A stretch of 28,469 nucleotides of DNA, from IMG/VR virus record IMGVR_UViG_3300021082_000082, positions 1 through 28,469 of that record; one strand, given 5' to 3'. Shown here piece after piece: positions 17,550-23,859 of the stretch. This stretch comes from a virus. Taxonomy: Duplodnaviria; Caudoviricetes. A program made the translations under genes and the position numbers. Numbering within the stretch: position 1 is the first letter of the stretch; every line of letters starts with the position of its first letter. The notes beneath the pieces were generated by a model. The model was not told where the DNA came from and did no database searches. It worked only from the letters and a program-made list of their open reading frames with translations.

Positions 17550-17782
17550 GTTGTCTTGACCCCTGAGTGATAGCCGACTGTAGTGACACTCTCAGTGCCG
17601 AGCTTACGGGCGAGGATCTTTGTTAAATCTTCCTGATATGCTTTCTCCGGCAAGCACTCGATGGCACGCAGGATATCCTCGACGAGAATGGTGTGGTTTG
17701 CCTCGATGGTCAGGTGATAATGATCGTGAGCCTCATCGACGGGACACTTTCTGGAAAACGTCAATTCATACACAACCATCAT
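17537..17782 (-). CDS. Miniature QueF-like (QueF-L) T-fold protein
   Basis: C13-P...D20 has the Cys/Asp+7 spacing of QueF and QueF-L; E35, YQE51DL (cf. HEEL) and C-terminal GYHSGVK (cf. SYYIGVE) also match. The NADPH-binding QueF motif E(S/L)K(S/A)hK is absent. Confidence 0.72.
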   Translation of the reverse strand: MMVVYELTFSRKCPVDEAHDHYHLTIEANHTILVEDILRAIECLPEKAYQEDLTKILARKLGTESVTTVGYHSGVKTTCVA

Positions 17783-18375
17783 TCCGGTAACTCCAATTGA
17801 TTGTCTCGGCTGGCGACGGCCTCCCGCATGTGGCTATAGCGCGCGATGCCAGTGCCATCTGCGCTATCCACGCCAAGTGCCTCAAAGTGCTTCCAGCGCA
17901 GTGGGTCATTGATGCGCCCGGCATGAACCCACTTGCCCATTGCCTTGGCGCAGCGAACAATCTGCGTGGCGTGGTGGCTGCCCTTCCAGTTGGTCGAGCC
18001 ACCAATAAACACAGCGCCGATTTCGGACCAGGGAATTGGCAGATGCTCCTGACCGTCCTGGGCGGCAAAAGCCAACCGCCAGCCAGGAAGCTTGTCCTTC
18101 CAATGCTCGAATAACTCCAGGGTGCGTCTGGCGCTCGCCACGATGTCTGGCACCGTCACGAACAAGCAATCGTCCTTGCGATGCTTCTCTCGCTCCAACA
18201 ATGAGAGAAAGGCAGGAATGTTAAGGCCGGAATAGCCGCCGTTATCTATGGCCCATCCCCGACTTGGATCGCGCAGCAGATAGCGGGTGAGCGGGGTCAG
18301 AAGCTGCCCCACATCGCAACCGAGCTCGGCCGCGCAAATATCCAAATCTTGGCCGGTGTCGAGCAGGGCTATCAT
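17779..18375 (-). CDS. dpdA: TGT/DpdA-like 7-deazaguanine DNA transglycosylase
   Basis: TGT-barrel motifs in the expected order: AIDNGGYS (cf. DSGGF), TVPD, AQDG (cf. VQGG), FIGG, VHAGR (cf. HxxG), GVDSADGT (cf. GxDxFD). Adjacent to yhhQ and a QueF-like gene. Confidence 0.8.
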   Translation of the reverse strand: MIALLDTGQDLDICAAELGCDVGQLLTPLTRYLLRDPSRGWAIDNGGYSGLNIPAFLSLLEREKHRKDDCLFVTVPDIVASARRTLELFEHWKDKLPGWRLAFAAQDGQEHLPIPWSEIGAVFIGGSTNWKGSHHATQIVRCAKAMGKWVHAGRINDPLRWKHFEALGVDSADGTGIARYSHMREAVASRDNQLELPE

Positions 18376-18385
18376 TCTGCCAAGG

Positions 18386-18577
18386 TTACTTAGAAGCCCA
18401 ATCCGCCACTGCGCTATCGATCTCGGTTTCGACCCAGACGACAGTGCGGCCGCCGATTCGGCGCCGCCGGGGGAACTTGCCCTTGGCCTCCAGGGTGCGG
18501 AGATAGCGCCGGGTGAACGGGATTCCCTTGAGCGCCTTGAGATCGGGGAAGCTCAGCAGCTTAACCGGCTTTTTCAT
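18386..18577 (-). CDS. AlpA-family DNA-binding protein / probable excisionase
   Basis: LLSFPDL...LRTLEAKGKFPRRRRIGGRTVVWVETEID is the AlpA winged-helix pattern. Confidence 0.85.
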   Translation of the reverse strand: MKKPVKLLSFPDLKALKGIPFTRRYLRTLEAKGKFPRRRRIGGRTVVWVETEIDSAVADWASK

Positions 18578-18765
18578 GGTCTTCCCGTTTCCCGGCTGAC
18601 CCTGATGACATCGACATCGATGGTATCGCCAACCAGTTCGTCGCCGATGACATGCCAGTCCATCGCTTCGTTGATCGCATCTAGCTCAGAGGCAGCCTCG
18701 ACCTGGATGGTAAGATAACGCTTGACCAGCACTTCGACCGACCATCGTGGATGCTCGTACATCAC
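18574..18765 (-). CDS. Hypothetical protein
   Basis: 63 aa, ATGA overlaps on both sides; VEAASELDA motif typical of small phage early proteins. Confidence 0.65.
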   Translation of the reverse strand: MMYEHPRWSVEVLVKRYLTIQVEAASELDAINEAMDWHVIGDELVGDTIDVDVIRVSRETGRP

Positions 18766-19136
18766 GCCCTCCTACATCGCCAAACCTTGCCGTACCAAAC
18801 CTTACGCATGCGGTGCTGGGCGCAGACATCGGCGACTGGCTTGGGCCTGACCCTCGGCAACGGTGGCGCCTCGGGCAGGGCGCCCGATATTCCGCCCGAT
18901 ATTCGCCCGATATTATAATTTTGGGCGTCCTCATCGGGCAGGACACGCTCGGTGACGACCGGCCGCGGCTTGGTAAGCCCACTATCACGCACCGCCCGAT
19001 AGACCTCGATAGCCTTGACGTTCTCGATCCAGGCATCTTGGAACCGCTCGACCGGCGGCGTGACCGGCGGCAGCGCTGCCGGTGTAATGCCGAGCGCAAT
19101 ACCGCCAAGCGCCACACCAAGGGCCTGCACCGTCAT
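18762..19136 (-). CDS. Hypothetical protein with hydrophobic N-terminus and basic two-Cys C-terminus
   Basis: Probable start is ATG 19136 (or GTG 19142); signal/anchor-like LGVALGGIALGI; C-terminal DVCAQHRMRKVWYGKVWRCRR. Confidence 0.55.
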   Translation of the reverse strand: MTVQALGVALGGIALGITPAALPPVTPPVERFQDAWIENVKAIEVYRAVRDSGLTKPRPVVTERVLPDEDAQNYNIGRISGGISGALPEAPPLPRVRPKPVADVCAQHRMRKVWYGKVWRCRRA

Positions 19137-19138
19137 GT

Positions 19139-19537
19139 TCACGGCAGCCCGACCTTTGCTTTGAACTCCACGCATGCCGACCGGATGCTGTTGGACAGCG
19201 CACTGGCTTCCTCGATCTGGGCCTGAACCAGCTTGCCCTTTTCCATGATCGATTTCGCGGTCTCGGCGATCTGCTTCATATCTTCATCGGCCTCCAGCAA
19301 TGCCGCGGCGATGTTGTTGACCCGCACTTTCACGGCATCACCCATTTCCTCGACGGCCCGGGCGGCAGCTTCATACTGGGTCAGCACCGCCTCGGCCGAC
19401 ATCCGGCCAAGGTCTTCATAAGCCGGTTGCGTCGGCGGGAATTGTTGCCGCTGGAATTTAATTTGCTCGATGTCGTGTTCGAGCTCGGCCAGACCAAGCT
19501 GAGCGCGGCGAGGCAACGAGATTGGTTGCTGATCCAT
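19139..19537 (-). CDS. Hypothetical coiled-coil protein
   Basis: 132 aa, helical heptad pattern; SD AGGAGG; TAATG coupling to the upstream gene. Confidence 0.7.
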   Translation of the reverse strand: MDQQPISLPRRAQLGLAELEHDIEQIKFQRQQFPPTQPAYEDLGRMSAEAVLTQYEAAARAVEEMGDAVKVRVNNIAAALLEADEDMKQIAETAKSIMEKGKLVQAQIEEASALSNSIRSACVEFKAKVGLP

Positions 19538-19812
19538 TAGATGTTCCTCCTGACTGGCGGCAGCGCCGACGCCGGCAGTGTGAACTCATCATCGCCGAAA
19601 GGGTCGGCGAGTTCAGCCTCGGCTTCGTCGATCAATTCCTTGGTGGCATCGATGACGACGCCGAATTGGACGTGATCGATTTGGACGATGTTGTCGTATT
19701 CGCGGGTCTTGATGCGATCGACGATGTCGGAGCGGCTGAGCGCCGGATCGACCACGGCCTCCAGGCCGCGGGTGCCGTAGTCCTGCAGGACAACAAAATA
19801 TTCTGTGATCAT
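19537..19812 (-). CDS. Hypothetical protein, first gene of the leftward early operon
   Basis: Probable start ATG 19812 after GGGGG; acidic 91-aa product. Confidence 0.65.
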   Translation of the reverse strand: MITEYFVVLQDYGTRGLEAVVDPALSRSDIVDRIKTREYDNIVQIDHVQFGVVIDATKELIDEAEAELADPFGDDEFTLPASALPPVRRNI

Positions 19813-19847
19813 GAGGCGATCCCCCAGTAAAGGACGATGCAAGCCTC

Positions 19848-19877
19848 AGTGTAGGACTATTCCTTAACGAGTGTCAA
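19848..19877 (-). promoter_or_regulatory. Leftward early promoter (PL-like) with an operator in the spacer
   Basis: TTGACA (19877-19872), 18-bp spacer, TACACT (19853-19848); TAGGACTATTCCTT at 19852-19865. Confidence 0.7.
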
Positions 19878-19917
19878 AAAAAGGATTTACGCGGAACAGA
19901 CCGCACCTAGGCGGCTG

Positions 19918-20643
19918 TCAACGCCGGCTGAAATTGCCGACCACCAGGTGGCAGACCGGCCATTCCGACTTTTTCAGATCGTAGTCCTTAGCCGGCTTGT
20001 GCTGATGCACTCGCCAGGCGCGATCGTTGGCGCTAACCAGTTGCCGGACCATGGCATTGTCGCTGGTGGTATCCCGTTCCGCCCGGAACAGGCAGGTGTC
20101 GCCATTACGTGGCGGCAGATGCGGATGCACCAGAGCGGTCGAGCCGTTTTTGGCTTCGGGATCCATTGTATCGTCACTGATGATCAATGCGTAGGCATCG
20201 ACGACATGCAATAAAAAATTCGGCCGCGCGATGCGGTCGAAAGGTTTCGTTATCATAACACTGACCCCAGCGATTTGAGTTGTCGCAAACACGGGGAGAT
20301 CTGGTGCGTCATTTGTTATAGGATAAATCCTCGGCATGTCCAGCACCTTTTGTCCGGTGCTAGTCACAGCAATGTCAGGGCTGATCTGCATTTGCGCGTC
20401 GTTGCTGTTTTTGCTGTAAGGCCGCGCGATCAGTCGTGACGATTTGCCACGCAACACATCCTCGGACACGCCAAGTAACTCGGCGAGCTTGATGCGTTCG
20501 GGCTCATGTAGTTCGTCAGGAATGCCACGCCGCAAAAATTGTTGCAGATAGGAAGCATTGCGACCGATACGCAGCGATGCTTGCGACATACTCAATCGCA
20601 CAGTTTTTAAGCGTTTCTCGATCAAGTCACGCACAGCATCCAT
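19918..20643 (-). CDS. cI: CI-like repressor (HTH + degenerate S24 peptidase domain)
   Basis: N-terminal HTH SMSQASLRIGRNASYLQQFL...LAELLGVSEDVL; C-terminal AYALIISDDTMDP...VHPHLPP; divergent from a cro-like gene. Confidence 0.85.
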   Translation of the reverse strand: MDAVRDLIEKRLKTVRLSMSQASLRIGRNASYLQQFLRRGIPDELHEPERIKLAELLGVSEDVLRGKSSRLIARPYSKNSNDAQMQISPDIAVTSTGQKVLDMPRIYPITNDAPDLPVFATTQIAGVSVMITKPFDRIARPNFLLHVVDAYALIISDDTMDPEAKNGSTALVHPHLPPRNGDTCLFRAERDTTSDNAMVRQLVSANDRAWRVHQHKPAKDYDLKKSEWPVCHLVVGNFSRR

Positions 20644-20653
20644 CTCCAGGTCT

Positions 20654-20726
20654 TAGGACATATCCTATTTGAATGCTCCAAGGAACACACCTTGACTGTT
20701 TAGGCAAGTTCCTTAATCTAGTCCTT
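20654..20726. promoter_or_regulatory. OR-like operator array and rightward promoter
   Basis: TAGGACATATCCTA (20654-20667), AAGGAACACACCTT (20680-20693), TAGGCAAGTTCCTT (20701-20714); TTGACT (20692) - 16 bp - TAATCT (20714). Confidence 0.7.
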
Positions 20727-20942
20727 ATGGATCCACCCACAGCGGCATTGCTCGCCGAGATCGAGAAATTCCTGCGTAAAACAGGGATGGCTCCGAGCGC
20801 GTTCGGCGGACAGGCGTTGGGGGATCCGAGCTTAATCAACAATCTGCGCGACGGCCGCGAACTGCGTCACCGGACCCTGGGCCGGGTTCGTGCCTTCATG
20901 ACTGACTACGCTGCTCAATCACGACAACGCCAGTCCGCTTAA
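20727..20942 (+). CDS. cro: Cro-like HTH regulator
   Basis: LLAEIEKFLRKTGMAPSAFGGQALGDPSLINNLRDGRELR...RVRAFM. ATG 20727 lies 7 nt after the -10 with no SD, so the mRNA is probably leaderless. Confidence 0.8.
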   Translation: MDPPTAALLAEIEKFLRKTGMAPSAFGGQALGDPSLINNLRDGRELRHRTLGRVRAFMTDYAAQSRQRQSA

Positions 20943-20977
20943 TTTCGACTGTTTCCCGAGTTTGGAGGCGCTCTGTC

Positions 20978-21502
20978 ATGACAGCGCAGGCGAAGCCATT
21001 TGCCGATTCTGCGGTTACCCCTGTGACCGCGGATGACGGCGTCGTGTCGGACCCGCATAGCCGGCACGACGCCCGACATTCCAATCATCTGCCGTCGCGC
21101 TGGCTGGCGCAGGCGCTGGAGCAGCGTCTGGTCGAGCTCTACCAGAGCAGTGACGATTTATCGTTTGCCGAAATCGCCTGGCGATTGAACGACGAATTTT
21201 CCATGCAGATGTCGCGCAATGCGGTGATCGGCCGCGCCCACCGCATGCATCTGCCGCCGCGGGTCAAGTACCATCGCGGCGGACGGCCGGTCAAAATCAT
21301 CAAAAAGCCCAAGGTCACATTCGTCAAGAAACGAAAGCCGGTGGCGCCAGCAGGGGCGCGCGATCTGCCGCTGCTGCAGCTCAAGCACCACCAGTGCCGC
21401 TTCGCCACCGCGGGCACGCAGGCGCCGTACCTGTTCTGCGCGCAGCCGGTGGTCGAAGGCCGTTCGTGGTGCCCCGTGCATAACAAACTGGTGCGGGCAT
21501 GA
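20978..21502 (+). CDS. gcrA: GcrA-like cell-cycle regulator
   Basis: LSFAEIA...SRNAVIGRAHRMHL N-terminal domain and LLQLKHHQCRF...FCAQP...SWCPVH C-terminal domain. Exact start is uncertain. Confidence 0.85.
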   Translation: MTAQAKPFADSAVTPVTADDGVVSDPHSRHDARHSNHLPSRWLAQALEQRLVELYQSSDDLSFAEIAWRLNDEFSMQMSRNAVIGRAHRMHLPPRVKYHRGGRPVKIIKKPKVTFVKKRKPVAPAGARDLPLLQLKHHQCRFATAGTQAPYLFCAQPVVEGRSWCPVHNKLVRA

Positions 21503-21861
21503 AGCTCCACCCCACCGAGCACCAGTTCCAGTCGTCGCTCTGCCAATTGCTCGACGTGCAGGCGCGACCGGACATGATCTGGTTTGCCATTCCCAATGGC
21601 GGGCAGCGCAACGCCATCGTCGGCAAGATGCTGAAGGACGAGGGCGTCAAGCGCGGCATCCCGGACCTCGCCTTTCTGCTGCCAGAAGGCAAGACCGCCT
21701 GGCTCGAGCTCAAGACCGGCAACGGCCGATTGTCGCCATTCCAGAAGGCGTTCCGCGATCGCGCGCAGAGGCTCGGCCACACCTGGGGCATCGCCAAGAC
21801 CTGGGACGACGCCATGGTGTTCCTCGCCTGGATCGACGCGCTGAAGAGGACAGTCCGATGA
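21499..21861 (+). CDS. VRR-NUC domain nuclease (possible Holliday junction resolvase)
   Basis: EHQFQ...FAIPNGG...GVKRGIPDL...WLELKT..GRLSPFQ. Confidence 0.85.
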   Translation: MKLHPTEHQFQSSLCQLLDVQARPDMIWFAIPNGGQRNAIVGKMLKDEGVKRGIPDLAFLLPEGKTAWLELKTGNGRLSPFQKAFRDRAQRLGHTWGIAKTWDDAMVFLAWIDALKRTVR

Positions 21862-22592
21862 TCCCCACCTACGTCCGGCACAGTCCGTCCGCGCTCAATC
21901 TGTTCGCCGCTTCGCCGGCGATGTTTGTGCTGGAAAGAGTGCTGATGCTGAAGCAGCCGGTCGGCGTGCCGGCGCACCGCGGCGTTGCTGTCGAGGACGG
22001 CGTGACGCACGGGTTGCTCAACCCCGAGGCGCCACTCAAGGACTGCGTCGAGGTCGCACAATTGAAGTATGACACCCTTACTGCACTATCAACCGACGAT
22101 CGGCGTGAAAAGTATCGCGATAACATTCCCGACATGGTGGCGCAGATCTTGGCCGAGTTGCGCCCCTATGGCGTGCCGTCGCACACCCAGGGTCTGGTCG
22201 AGTGGAAGCCAGAAGGCCTGACGCTGCCGATTATCGGCATCTTCGACTATCACTGGCAGGATCACAACATCACGACTGATTTGAAGACGACAGAAAGAAT
22301 GCCGTCGCAGATCAAGATCAATCACGCCAAGCAGGTGGCACTGTACGTCACCTCCAACAACGCCGCGGCGCGCATCACCTATGCGACACCAAAGAAGTGT
22401 GTGACCTATAACGTCGAAAATATCGACGCACATCGCATGGCGCTGCATCAGATTGCACTGCGCGTCGAAAAGTTTCTATCTCTGTCGGACGATCCAGAGT
22501 TTTTTATCAGCATCACCGTGCCAGATCTCGACTCGTTTTACTGGACTGCGCCTGAAGCGCGACAGTTAGCTTACGAGCACTGGCACATATGA
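21858..22592 (+). CDS. PD-(D/E)XK exonuclease (RecB/Cas4-like fold)
   Basis: HSPSAL, RGVAVE, IIGIFD, TDLKTT, QVALY motifs. Confidence 0.8.
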   Translation: MIPTYVRHSPSALNLFAASPAMFVLERVLMLKQPVGVPAHRGVAVEDGVTHGLLNPEAPLKDCVEVAQLKYDTLTALSTDDRREKYRDNIPDMVAQILAELRPYGVPSHTQGLVEWKPEGLTLPIIGIFDYHWQDHNITTDLKTTERMPSQIKINHAKQVALYVTSNNAAARITYATPKKCVTYNVENIDAHRMALHQIALRVEKFLSLSDDPEFFISITVPDLDSFYWTAPEARQLAYEHWHI

Positions 22593-22657
22593 ATTTCCCG
22601 GCAGACGGGAATGGCGCGCTGCGAGCCTGTCGCAGCATCAGAAAGCGAGAACGAAAA

Positions 22658-23395
22658 ATGTTAGACAAGGAAAACATCTTTGGCTTTAGCACTGCCCCAG
22701 GTAGTTCAGCCGACTTTGTGCCGATCGTGAAATACGACGCCAAGGCCGGACGGATGTTTCGGATCGACCGTGACGCTCCTGAACCGGCCGACATCACCGG
22801 CAATTTCGCCGCCGGCAATGCGTTCAAATGCATCGCCGACTTTGAAAACCTCGAGGCCGGCTGGATCCTGTTCGTGGCCGGCACCGCGCCGGATTTTCGG
22901 CTGGTGAAGTGGGGCACACGAATGCCGCCGCAGCCCTCGCCCAATCACCAGAACGGTATGCGCTTCATGCTCAAACTATCGACCGAGCATGCCGACAACC
23001 ACCCCGCGGTTCGTGAAATTGCCGGCACGGCCAAGGCCATGCTGCGGGGGTTTGGCGCGGCCTATGTGCAGTATCTAGAGGAGAAAGATAAAAACCCTAA
23101 CAAACTGCCAGTGCTGGTGCTGGAGAAAACCAGGCCGATCAAATCCGGCAGCGGCGTCACGTCCAGCACCAACTATGATCCGGTGTTCCAGATTGTCGGC
23201 TGGGTCGCGCGGCCCGCTGACCTGGTGTTCGTGCCAAAGGCCCAACCGGCACTCGCCGAACCCAACAAGCCCACCCACACAGCGGCACCCAACACCGCAC
23301 CGAGCACCGGTTCCACGCGCGCGGCGCCACCGCCGCAACAAAGTGCAACCGAGCAAGTCAAACAGATGGTCGATCTCGCTGATGATTTCGGTTGA
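22658..23395 (+). CDS. Putative ssDNA-binding / recombination protein
   Basis: Probable start ATG 22658; follows the exonuclease; Pro/Ala-rich linker and acidic aromatic tail (DLADDFG) as in phage SSBs. Confidence 0.5.
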   Translation: MLDKENIFGFSTAPGSSADFVPIVKYDAKAGRMFRIDRDAPEPADITGNFAAGNAFKCIADFENLEAGWILFVAGTAPDFRLVKWGTRMPPQPSPNHQNGMRFMLKLSTEHADNHPAVREIAGTAKAMLRGFGAAYVQYLEEKDKNPNKLPVLVLEKTRPIKSGSGVTSSTNYDPVFQIVGWVARPADLVFVPKAQPALAEPNKPTHTAAPNTAPSTGSTRAAPPPQQSATEQVKQMVDLADDFG

Positions 23396-23406
23396 ACCCC
23401 TAATAC

Positions 23407-23434
23407 CGACCGGTCAGGGCAACCTGACCGGTCG
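23407..23434. other. Perfect 12-bp intergenic hairpin with GCAA tetraloop
   Basis: cgaccggtcagg-gcaa-cctgaccggtcg; no U-tract. Confidence 0.8.
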
Positions 23435-23448
23435 CTTAAAGGTGCCGC

Positions 23449-23859
23449 TTGGACGCTCAAGACAAAACCCGGCTGGAAAAATTGCTTGGCATGTTGAGCT
23501 CGACCTTCGATGGCGAGCGTGCCACTGCGGCCGCAATGATTGCGCGGATGGCGCAGAACCGCAAGCAGACGATTAACGAACTGATCGCCGAGGCAATGGC
23601 GCCAAAGATTGCGCCGCAGCAAGCCCCGCCACCACCCCCGAATTACACGGGTCCAGACTTTACCGATATCTCCGACAATCACCTGATGGCGTTGCGCCAG
23701 TTGGTTAATCTACTGCCAAACACCCGCTTCCTGACACCGTGGGAGGTGCAATTCGTCACCGATGTCGCATCGCGCTACGAGCATGATTACGATCTCTCGG
23801 AAAAGCAACTTGCCATCGTCCAAAAAATTCTGCGTAAAGCGGCGCGGGCATTCACATGA
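23449..23859 (+). CDS. Hypothetical protein
   Basis: TTG start after AAAGGTG; KLLGMLSSTFDGERATAA and LTPWEVQF...LSEKQ motifs; ATGA overlap with the primase-helicase. Confidence 0.65.
   Translation: MDAQDKTRLEKLLGMLSSTFDGERATAAAMIARMAQNRKQTINELIAEAMAPKIAPQQAPPPPPNYTGPDFTDISDNHLMALRQLVNLLPNTRFLTPWEVQFVTDVASRYEHDYDLSEKQLAIVQKILRKAARAFT

Noticed and set aside
17537-17782. Canonical NADPH-dependent QueF reductase or GTP cyclohydrolase I
   Set aside because: It lacks the QueF motif E(S/L)K(S/A)hK and the FolE Zn-binding CEHH motif, and is too short for either.
21858-22592. CRISPR-associated Cas4
   Set aside because: No four-Cys Fe-S motif, no array or other cas genes; it sits in an ordinary phage recombination module.
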